Shown here piece by piece: positions 51,678 through 59,780 of a stretch of DNA of 64,000 nt. Location: positions 160,001 through 224,000 of the forward strand of contig CAWHVC010000005.1 of assembly GCA_963832745.1 (NCBI GenBank), given 5' to 3'. Under the pieces are notes generated by a model. It was given only the letters and a program-made list of their open reading frames with translations. It did no database searches and had not been told where the DNA came from. The number at the start of each line of letters is the position of its first letter. Positions within the stretch are counted from its first letter, which is position 1. The DNA is from Candidatus Bathyarchaeota archaeon. Lineage in GTDB: Archaea; Thermoproteota; Bathyarchaeia; Bathyarchaeales; Bathycorpusculaceae. The position numbers and the translations under genes were made by a program.

Positions 51678-52600
51678 TTATGGCAGCGCCATTCCGCCAT
51701 CGCCGATTACACGCATCTTGCACCATACATTCACGTTATGAGCAGGGTCATAGAGCCAATATCCGTTGTAAAGTTCCGAAGATTGGAAACTTTGTTGCCA
51801 GTTTGTCATATCTTGCATTGCCCAATTAAGTGATGTGATAATTGAATAATGATAATTCAGTGAGTAATCATAGAATCGTCTGACAAATTCGCCGTAATTA
51901 TGATTAATTAGACCGCTAGTATCACAAGTCCATTTGGATGTATTCTGAAATCCTATGTAACAATAGCCGCTATAGTCAGGATTGGCAAATCCATCCCAGC
52001 TTAAGTCAGCTCTAAGTGTCCATGCAAAAGGCATACCTACTGCGCCTGTGCTAGGATACTGTTGAGACATGTACCCGTAACCATCAAAATCGCCGTCATT
52101 ATCTGGATCAATTAAGCCTCCGTTCACACATGTATATATAAAGGTAAATCGATGTTTCGAACCTGTGTAGTTATACAACTCACGGTCGCTGATTCCTTCT
52201 GTAGTTCCCGGGTTAAAAGAACTGTAGTAATTATAGTGTCGTTCACCATTCACATCAGTAAGGTACATATCGCCTACGTGAAATGTCGCCAAGAAATCAT
52301 AAGTACCACTACCTTGAATTGCTTGAGAATTCGCATAAACATAAGAGGATCTTGTGCTAGAGCCGTAATTGTTGGCTGCTACCCAGTTTGGTTCTGCTTG
52401 AGCAAGGCTAGTAATGTATGAGCATGTATAGCTTTGTGATGGCTGTTCATAGGTTGCAAACCAAGTCGGGTATGGGTCCCATTGTGTATTATGATACGTT
52501 GAGCCCCAGTTTACACTAACATGAGAGCCTTGAACTGGTATGCTTAGCATTGAAAGAGCAAGTAACAATGGCAAAATTTTTAAAAAAGTATTTTTTTCAT
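51678..52600 (-). CDS. Secreted protein, putative clan CD (caspase/gingipain-fold) cysteine peptidase (A7 frameshift at the start)
   Basis: GAGGAG plus ATG 52600. Adding one A to A7 gives MKKNTFLKILPLLLALS. Motifs FLATFHVG, GISDRELY..FTFIYTCVNGG, CYIGF, MRVIGD. Confidence 0.65.
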
Positions 52601-52781
52601 TTTACTCCTCATAAATGGTCCTTTTTTCGCTCATAGTATATAATTTTTTGGGAAAAAACAGATAATTAGGAAACATTTTTTGTCGACAAGAATGAATTCA
52701 TGTCAAGTTTGCAATTTTTAAAATTATATTGACCATGAGAAATTTTTAAGTAACTTTATTAGGGATTCTAATTTATAAAAA

Positions 52782-54072
52782 ATGATGAAGAAATTTGACT
52801 TACCCGCAAGCCTATTCGCGGCTTCTTTTGCCATATTACTAGTAATTTGTAACCTATGCTTTTTAGGCATTACTTCAGCAAACTTTTCGTACCCCCCAAC
52901 CGAGTTGCCATACATCTATATTACGCCCACTGGAGAGATAACGCCCCAAACTTAGCGAAATCCAGCGTATTGACGACACTTACCGTTTTAGTGGCGACCT
53001 TCATAATTGGACTTTAGCAATTCAAAAAAGTAATGTTGTAATTGATGCCGCTGGATATGCGCTTGTTGGTAATGGTGTCGGCAAAGGCATTGTTATATCA
53101 GATGTAAGTAACGTTACCATTAAAAATGCGGTCTTAAAAAATTTAGCCGAGGGCTTCTTGTGTCAGCAGTCTTCAAATTTTAGCATAACCGAAAATATAG
53201 TCCAAGAATGCAATGTGGGGATTCATTTAATTTCAACCCAAAACGTCTCTATAACCACAAACAGGATTGCAAAAAGTCTTTCAGCCATCGAAGTCTTTGG
53301 CTCAAACGGCATCAGCATTATTGGCAATGAAATTCTTGAGAGCAAACACAACGGTGTAACCCTTAACATAGGACAATATAACCTGCCTAATTGCAATAAC
53401 ATTTCCATTTTGGGTAACAATATAACTTCAAACTTGGAAACGGGTGTTGAACTGTTTTCCTGTTCCAACTCCAACGTTGAAGACAACTTGATTGCGGGCA
53501 GTCAAAACGGCGTGTACCTTTACGGTTCGCTAAAACAAAATAACATAGCAAACAATACAATAATGAATAGCACTATCGGCTTAAGTTTAGTCTCTGATGT
53601 CTCCTTTAACACTGTGACAGGAAACCACATAGCAGACAACAAATGCGGCATCTACATTTTAGAGTCAAGCCACAACCTATTTTACAACAACAACCTAATA
53701 GACAACCAAAGACACGCAAACATTGACTCGCCTACAGATATTGACGATTCCCCGCAAGCACCTTTTTTTGTTTCCGAGATTTCGGTTAACACTTGGGATA
53801 ATGGGGCTCAAGGAAACTATTGGAGCAACTACGCAGGTACTGATGCTGACTCAAACGGAATAGGCGACACGTCCCACAGTTTAAATGCTAACAATATTGA
53901 CCGCTACCCTCTTATGGATCCCATAGAGAACGCCCATGTAAATCCACTGAATAATCCCGAGCAGATTGAGACTTCCCCACTGCTGATTGTTGCGTCCGTT
54001 GCCTTAGTGGTGACTGCAACAGTACTCATAGCAATAATTTACCATAGAAAAAATAATCCAGCAACAAGATGA
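52782..54072 (+). CDS. NosD-like parallel beta-helix surface protein (1-nt frameshift near 52945)
   Basis: ATG 52782 signal peptide MMKKFDLPASLF..YIYITPTGEI. Removing one C from C4 joins NVVIDAAGY and ORF 53158. NTWDNG..GNYWSNY.G.D..GIGDT; C-terminal TM. Confidence 0.85.
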
Positions 54073-54363
54073 CAACTAGAGAAGCTATAGCTTGTTTTGA
54101 CATCTCTAATAAGGCAAAAAAGACAGGGGTGATATAGGTTTTCCCGTTAGACACCTATTGATGCTGGAAATCTCAAGTCAAGCAGATTTTATGTAAGAAA
54201 GTAAAGCAAACAGAGACCAACAACTGCTTGTGCAAGACGCCACAACCAAAAAAACAAACCCAGACAGCAGCAGAACCAAAAAAGCAACAGCAAACATAAC
54301 CTGCTGGTTGTTGTTGTGCTAAGAGACTCTGCGGCAACAACTTCAAAAACAAAAAAAGTTAGT

Positions 54364-55077
54364 TTATGGTGTACGCAAGTCAATAACTGTGGTTCCAGCA
54401 AACTTGTCAAAGTAACGTTTGAACATTTCATTTTTAATTCGCAACCCAATTATCACGTCAAAAGGCAGCAATGGCAAGAGTTTTCCAAAGTTACGCACTG
54501 CAGCATGGTCATACGACATTTTTTTGCCATCCGTCCGAACCACTTTTAATCCGATGATGCGTTTGCCTAAGCTTTGACCGTTAAAACCTTCAAGCAGCGT
54601 TGAGTACAACCAAAGAAGGCCAACAGTGATGAACAACATGGTGCTAATTGATTCTGTAAGCATTTGTGTGGAATACATAAAGATTTGAGGCAAAATCGTT
54701 ATTGCCATTGTAATCGCCAAAATCAATGCGAAGTCAATCAAGTAAGCAGATAATCTTTTGCTAAAAGACGCCAATGGAAGCTGTGACTGTTTACGTTCAA
54801 CATCTGCTACTTCTGCCCAGCCTTCCACGTCATGAATTACTCGAACAGCGCTTTCTCCTGCTCTGCTGAGGCGGTATTTGCCGCTGGGAGTCTGCTCGAT
54901 AAATGGCGATAGAGTACGCAGGTGGAAACTAAGTTTACCTGTATCAACCTTTAGCAGGTTAAGCAGATCCGTGAAAGATGACTCGCCCTTCTCGCTTAAA
55001 TCCAGAAGAATTTCTCTCCGCAACGGATGAGACAGCACAGATAGTATTTTTGAAACGTTTCCTTGATCTACTGCCAT
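54364..55077 (-). CDS. ArsR-like wHTH fused to an RDD-family membrane domain
   Basis: LSHPLRREIL..GKLSFHLRTL..YRLS; KRLSAYLID..GQSLGKRIIGLKVV..AAVRN..DKFAGTTVI. Confidence 0.88.
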   Translation of the reverse strand: MAVDQGNVSKILSVLSHPLRREILLDLSEKGESSFTDLLNLLKVDTGKLSFHLRTLSPFIEQTPSGKYRLSRAGESAVRVIHDVEGWAEVADVERKQSQLPLASFSKRLSAYLIDFALILAITMAITILPQIFMYSTQMLTESISTMLFITVGLLWLYSTLLEGFNGQSLGKRIIGLKVVRTDGKKMSYDHAAVRNFGKLLPLLPFDVIIGLRIKNEMFKRYFDKFAGTTVIDLRTP

Positions 55078-55244
55078 TTTTCAAAACCTAATTTTTCAAT
55101 TCCATAATTTTCTCCAATTTTATGGAAGATTTTGGCATTATATCGTTAGGATTTGACGTCCTCCCATATAAGCACCACCTTAGAAACCATGTTTTTTCAC
55201 GAGTGAGTACATCTTAATAAGGGCAAGCAATTTAGCATATATGT

Positions 55245-56144
55245 ATGTCAAGTGCCGACCTAGCAGTAAGGGTTTTTCGTCAATTAGAGAGCGAAGACTT
55301 CCGTACTTTAAATATAATTGAGGCTGCAATGAGCAAACGCGAGTTTGTACCAAGAGAGCAAATACAAAAATACGCTAAAGTACCAATGGACAGGGTAGAT
55401 TTCACCCTTAACAAACTAAACAAACTTGGCTTAACAGGCTACACCAAAGGCGCTTACATTGGATACACCTTAAACTATGTGGGCTACGATTGCCTAGCAA
55501 TAAACGCACTCGTGAAAGCAGGCGTAATCTCGTCTTTCGGGCAAACCATCGGTGTAGGCAAAGAAGCAGAAATCTATAATGCATTAACACCTGACGGCAA
55601 AACAATCGCAGTCAAATTCCATAGGCTTGGAAGAATAAGTTTTAGGCAAACACGCAGAAAACGAGGATACGTCAGGGAACATTCCACGTGGCTGTTTCAG
55701 TCACATCTAGCTGCAGAAAAAGAATTTCAGGCATTGCAACTAGTTTACAAGAACGGAGTATCAGTGCCAGAACCCATAAGTCACAACAGGCATGTCATTG
55801 CAATGGGCATAATTGAAGGCGGCGAATTGTCAAAATGGCGAAAAATCACCAACCCAAAACGTGTCCTTAAAGAAATAATGCGCAATGTTCGAAAAGCTTA
55901 CCTTAAAGCGCATGTAATCCATGGCGACTTAAGCGAGTACAACATTATTTTGAAGCCAGACATGCACGTGTTGATTATTGATTGGCCCCAATATGTAATG
56001 ACTGACCATCCTAACGCGGCAGAATTACTTCTAAGGGATGTTCAGAACGTTTTAACGTTTTTTAACCGCAGATTTGACGTGGAAGCTGAAACTCAGCTTG
56101 TCTGCGATTATGTTACGGGTAAAGTTAGAAACGTGATTTTTTAG
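55245..56144 (+). CDS. rio2: RIO2-type atypical Ser/Thr kinase
   Basis: N-terminal wHTH GYTL..GYDCLA; IGVGKEAEIY; VKFHRLGRISF; IHGDLSEYNI; IIDWPQ. Confidence 0.93.
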   Translation: MSSADLAVRVFRQLESEDFRTLNIIEAAMSKREFVPREQIQKYAKVPMDRVDFTLNKLNKLGLTGYTKGAYIGYTLNYVGYDCLAINALVKAGVISSFGQTIGVGKEAEIYNALTPDGKTIAVKFHRLGRISFRQTRRKRGYVREHSTWLFQSHLAAEKEFQALQLVYKNGVSVPEPISHNRHVIAMGIIEGGELSKWRKITNPKRVLKEIMRNVRKAYLKAHVIHGDLSEYNIILKPDMHVLIIDWPQYVMTDHPNAAELLLRDVQNVLTFFNRRFDVEAETQLVCDYVTGKVRNVIF

Positions 56145-56383
56145 TGCTTGTTTGCATCTAAAACAATGTAGAGGATGTTGTTTCCTCTTAGTAGTACATT
56201 GCCGTAGTTTGTGAGGGCTTGTTCATCCTTGTATTCGGTTGCGCCTTCAAGAAGAATGTTCATGTGGCCATCACATTTTATCATTTTACCTTTGTATTCA
56301 CATCCGTTTTTGAGAACAACTTCGATGTTTCCGTGCAACTGTTTTATTAGTACGTTCAACGGTTTTTTACTTGGTTCCATCAT
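56141..56383 (-). CDS. Sm-like archaeal protein (Lsm/SmAP)
   Basis: V.LKNG.EYKG....DGHMNILL..A.E..GNVLLRGNNILYI. Confidence 0.93.
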   Translation of the reverse strand: MMEPSKKPLNVLIKQLHGNIEVVLKNGCEYKGKMIKCDGHMNILLEGATEYKDEQALTNYGNVLLRGNNILYIVLDANKH

Positions 56384-56542
56384 AGCTACCGTGTTCCTTT
56401 GAGCATTAGTTAATATCCAAAACCCATCACCAAATATAAAAGGCTTATGAAAGTTATAACCCTAAAGCAAACAAGAGCTAACCAAATACCAAAAAAACTA
56501 ACTGCTAAAATTCAAAAGATTGACAAAAAAAATAGGCACAAA

Positions 56543-57220
56543 TTAGTTTTGCTTCAATAAAGCGTCATCATTTTGACTAAGTAAACCTAAAACTTGAGTT
56601 ACCTCATCAATAGTATGCTTTTTACTGCTAAACCGGACAATAACCGAATAATTCAACCGTTTCCCAGTTTTCCTTAACAACTCGACCGCTTGAACCTCAT
56701 TTTCCAAATGAAACTTTTTTGGGTTTGTGTAGATTTTTACAGCGTCAATGTTACCTTCAGGCTCAATATAAGCATCAGGACATGTTACCTTAAGCTTCTC
56801 CAAAAATCCTGTTAAGCCAGTGTAGGTTTCTGCAGAGTTGATTGCATCAAAAAGTCGGCATATGGTGATGTATGTTGGTTCCAATTCTTGTGTGTACCCA
56901 ATGCAATTTATGCTCAAGTTCCAAGCTGAAGCGTTAAGATTTCGGATGCCATCGACGGTTTCATCATGCTCTATGTTGAAGCCTTTTTTAAGGGCAGTCC
57001 TTATTTTGTCACAGTTAAAATTGAAGAGACATTTTTTGAGTGTTAGTTTAACGTTGCCGTCAAAATCAATTGCCAAATCCAAGTTTACGTTTTCGCCGGG
57101 AATAAAGTAGCCTTTTGGCAGGTAAAGAACTGCTGAGTTTCCGCATCTTGATATAGTGCGTTCCTGTTTTTTCTTTACAGCCAAAGGCATGTTTGTTACA
57201 ACCTTAATAGGCATCACCAT
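56543..57220 (-). CDS. Hypothetical protein with an N-terminal AbrB-like swapped hairpin
   Basis: RTISRCGNSAVLYLPKGYF..GENV.L resembles AbrB/SpoVT; the rest is unrecognised. Confidence 0.6.
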   Translation of the reverse strand: MVMPIKVVTNMPLAVKKKQERTISRCGNSAVLYLPKGYFIPGENVNLDLAIDFDGNVKLTLKKCLFNFNCDKIRTALKKGFNIEHDETVDGIRNLNASAWNLSINCIGYTQELEPTYITICRLFDAINSAETYTGLTGFLEKLKVTCPDAYIEPEGNIDAVKIYTNPKKFHLENEVQAVELLRKTGKRLNYSVIVRFSSKKHTIDEVTQVLGLLSQNDDALLKQN

Positions 57221-57293
57221 TAAACGGCGGGTAATAACGTTTTCTTAGAAAGAAAACAACAAGTCTACAGTTACCAAACGTTTCTGGTAGTGA

Positions 57294-58247
57294 CTAAACG
57301 CCTACTACTTCAAACAAGTATTGAAACAGCACAAAAAGTGCGTAAACACTTATCAAAAATACGGCGTCATTTTTGCTGATTTTGCCGCCTTTGGAACGGA
57401 AATATACGAACACTATTGACGCCGCCACAAACACGCCAGCAGTTAAAGGAGAAGCCAACTTTGGCACCTTAATTGGATTGATAAGTGCTATTACACCTAT
57501 AGTTAACATTGAATCTGCCAAAACGTTGCCCAAAATGTTGCCCATTCCAATATCGCATGCATTTGATTCAGCAGAACGAACCGCAAACGCCATCTCAGGT
57601 AGGCAAGTTCCAATAGCAACAACAACCCCTATCAAAAACAGGGGCAACCCAAAAACGTCGCTCAATTCTTGGGCTGACTGAGTTACCAGTTCGCTGCCAA
57701 GGAACAAGACGGTTACTCCAATGATTAACATGAAAACTGTAATGCCTAACCGGATTACTCTTTTTGAAAAACGCATACTTTCAAGTGCCTGCTTTTCTTT
57801 ACGGCCAGTCCAAAGCAGCCAAATAACGTAAACGGCGAAAGCAGAAACAAGTATTATGCCGTCGATATGGGAGATTTCGCCGTCCAAAAGCAAAAACACT
57901 GGCAGAAGTACGGCTATAAAGCTTATTTTTAAGTTTTTTAGCATGCTGGAAGTCATTTTTTCGCATCCTGCAAGCAGCACCACAATGCCTATGACTAACG
58001 TTAAGTCGGCAACGTTTGCGCCTAGAATAACACCTAAACCTAATGTGGAGGTTCCGTTAAGAGCAGACAGGACACCAATGGACAATTCCGGGAGAACTGC
58101 AAGTGTGCCAGCGATTACGACGCCCGTGATAAATGTGGAAAGCCGAAAAAACTTTGATAAGTTTAAAAGCCGTTTTATGGCTTCGTCTGCACCGTAAACT
58201 ACGATGGCGATTCCAGCGAATAGAACTAAAAAAGTGTACCACTGCAT
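57294..58247 (-). CDS. Ca2+:cation antiporter (CaCA/YrbG family), paralog B
   Basis: Shares AIKRLLNLS, AVLPELSIG, GVILGANVADLTLV, VVAIGTCLPEMAFAVR and GNVLADSMLTIGVIALI with 23017..23976. Confidence 0.88.
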   Translation of the reverse strand: MQWYTFLVLFAGIAIVVYGADEAIKRLLNLSKFFRLSTFITGVVIAGTLAVLPELSIGVLSALNGTSTLGLGVILGANVADLTLVIGIVVLLAGCEKMTSSMLKNLKISFIAVLLPVFLLLDGEISHIDGIILVSAFAVYVIWLLWTGRKEKQALESMRFSKRVIRLGITVFMLIIGVTVLFLGSELVTQSAQELSDVFGLPLFLIGVVVAIGTCLPEMAFAVRSAESNACDIGMGNILGNVLADSMLTIGVIALINPIKVPKLASPLTAGVFVAASIVFVYFRSKGGKISKNDAVFLISVYALFVLFQYLFEVVGV

Positions 58248-58352
58248 TTATAATCAAAAAGTAAAAAACAGTCAACGCGTATTAATAGCTACTCAGCGCT
58301 AAGTTAACAAACAAACGGTTAATTGATTAAACTTTTTTCGGAGGTACTGTTT

Positions 58353-58634
58353 CTACTTGTAAGATATGCCCATGCGTTCCATGAAATCAACTATCTTTTG
58401 GTATTCTTTTAGATATTGCTTGCCTTTTTGGGTGAGCTTATATGAAATTTGGTCTTGGATTAAACCGAGGGATTCTAAATCTGAAAGGTAACTTTTTAAA
58501 CGGTCAAAGGGAACATTCAATTTTGTTTGGATATGGATCAAAACTATCTTTTCAGTGTCTTTTCGTTCAGCCTGAAGGATAGACAAAAGGTCGCCGTAGA
58601 TCTTCATTTTATCTCTTCGGGCTATTTTCTTCAT
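58353..58634 (-). CDS. Small winged-helix regulator (HTH_45-like)
   Basis: RRDKMKIYGDLL..NVPFDRLKSYL..YKLTQKGKQYL; ATGA overlap with the upstream membrane gene. Confidence 0.85.
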   Translation of the reverse strand: MKKIARRDKMKIYGDLLSILQAERKDTEKIVLIHIQTKLNVPFDRLKSYLSDLESLGLIQDQISYKLTQKGKQYLKEYQKIVDFMERMGISYK

Positions 58635-59296
58635 TCAGAACGCCCTTTTTTTGATCCGTAAAAGCTTCGATAAGCAGTAAACAGGAAAAAAGCCAACCCT
58701 ACCCAGCGAAGCATCAAGCCACCATAAAAAGAGAGGTCACCACCGTCACCAGTAGCCCAAATTAACAAAGAATATTGGCTAATTCCTAGAAAAATAAATC
58801 CAAACGGAATCAAAATTGTTTTTGTATCTTTAGCTTCTAAGTGGCTTCTAATTGTATGGATAGAAATGTAAAGTAAACAAATTATGTCAAAAACTCTTAC
58901 GTATACGCTCAAAAGACGGTAATTGCTCAACGTGAATTGTGGAGCCACAAAATACAAAACAAAAAAGGAAGTCAAAGCCACAATCAGTATACTTAAAGTT
59001 ATATCCCACAGTAAACGTTTGTTTGAGGGTTTGTCGGAAAAATAATATGTAAATGTAAGAAACGCAAATGCAAATGGTCTTGCAAGAAGTTGGAACCAAG
59101 TAAGGCCAGTTATAGTGAAGCCTGAAGTAGTTGTAAGGGAATGCGAAAAAGCTGAAAGAGCGTATGAGACACCGAGAAAGCCAAACCCAAGTGGAAGACC
59201 AATGTACCGACCTTCTCTAGTGGCAAGATAGGGTTTTAATAAAAACCAAACGAGAACAAAGCAAACCGCTGCACATATCGCCTCTTCTGAGACCAA
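58631..59296 (-). CDS. Polytopic (~7-TM) membrane protein, putative sensor
   Basis: About seven hydrophobic helices; repeated P(L/F)GF.FLG(V/I)S motif; exact start uncertain. Confidence 0.75.
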   Translation of the reverse strand: MVSEEAICAAVCFVLVWFLLKPYLATREGRYIGLPLGFGFLGVSYALSAFSHSLTTTSGFTITGLTWFQLLARPFAFAFLTFTYYFSDKPSNKRLLWDITLSILIVALTSFFVLYFVAPQFTLSNYRLLSVYVRVFDIICLLYISIHTIRSHLEAKDTKTILIPFGFIFLGISQYSLLIWATGDGGDLSFYGGLMLRWVGLAFFLFTAYRSFYGSKKGRSE

Positions 59297-59732
59297 GAAA
59301 ATGACTTCTGCTATTGATGCGATGTATTGGTTCCCCCTATATAGCGTTACTATAGTTGCAGTTTATGTTTATTTTTATTTCGCTTTTTGCCAGCAACTCA
59401 AATTAAAAGAATTAAAACATCAAACTTTATCAGACTTTCTTTGATTCAACATAAAATATTTACAGCCAGTTTTATTTTCATCTGAAAAAAATAAAAATAA
59501 CGATTTTATTATGCAGATTAACTCTTTCCAAACAACTTTTTACCCGTAAAATGTAAACTTACCGCTTGCTTTAGTCAAAATTATTCTTTAAAACAGAAAG
59601 AAAGTCTTGGAAAGATTTGATTTCAAAGGAGGGTTTGCTGAGGCTTCATAAACTAAGGAGAGAAAGAAAAACAAAACCTTCAACACAAGCAATTTTTGTG
59701 AAGAAAATTGAAGCCTTCTCAGCCCCTTCTTT

Positions 59733-59755
59733 AAAAACAAAAAAAGAAAAAAGGA
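59733..59755 (-). terminator. Oligo-T terminator after paralog 4
   Basis: Minus strand TCC-T6-C-T7-G-T5. Confidence 0.6.
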
Positions 59756-59780
59756 ATTGATTTTTTTGTGTATTCACGGC

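Noticed and set aside
52950-52956. In-frame TAG in the beta-helix gene (pyrrolysine readthrough?)
   Set aside because: The downstream homologous sequence is in the +1 frame and another stop follows in the original frame, so this is a frameshift, not readthrough.
54127-54300. GGGGTGAT RBS-like site, ATAGGT/ACCTAT hairpin and a possible short Q/K/T-rich ORF
   Set aside because: No proper start codon, an internal stop, and no match to a riboswitch consensus I can support.
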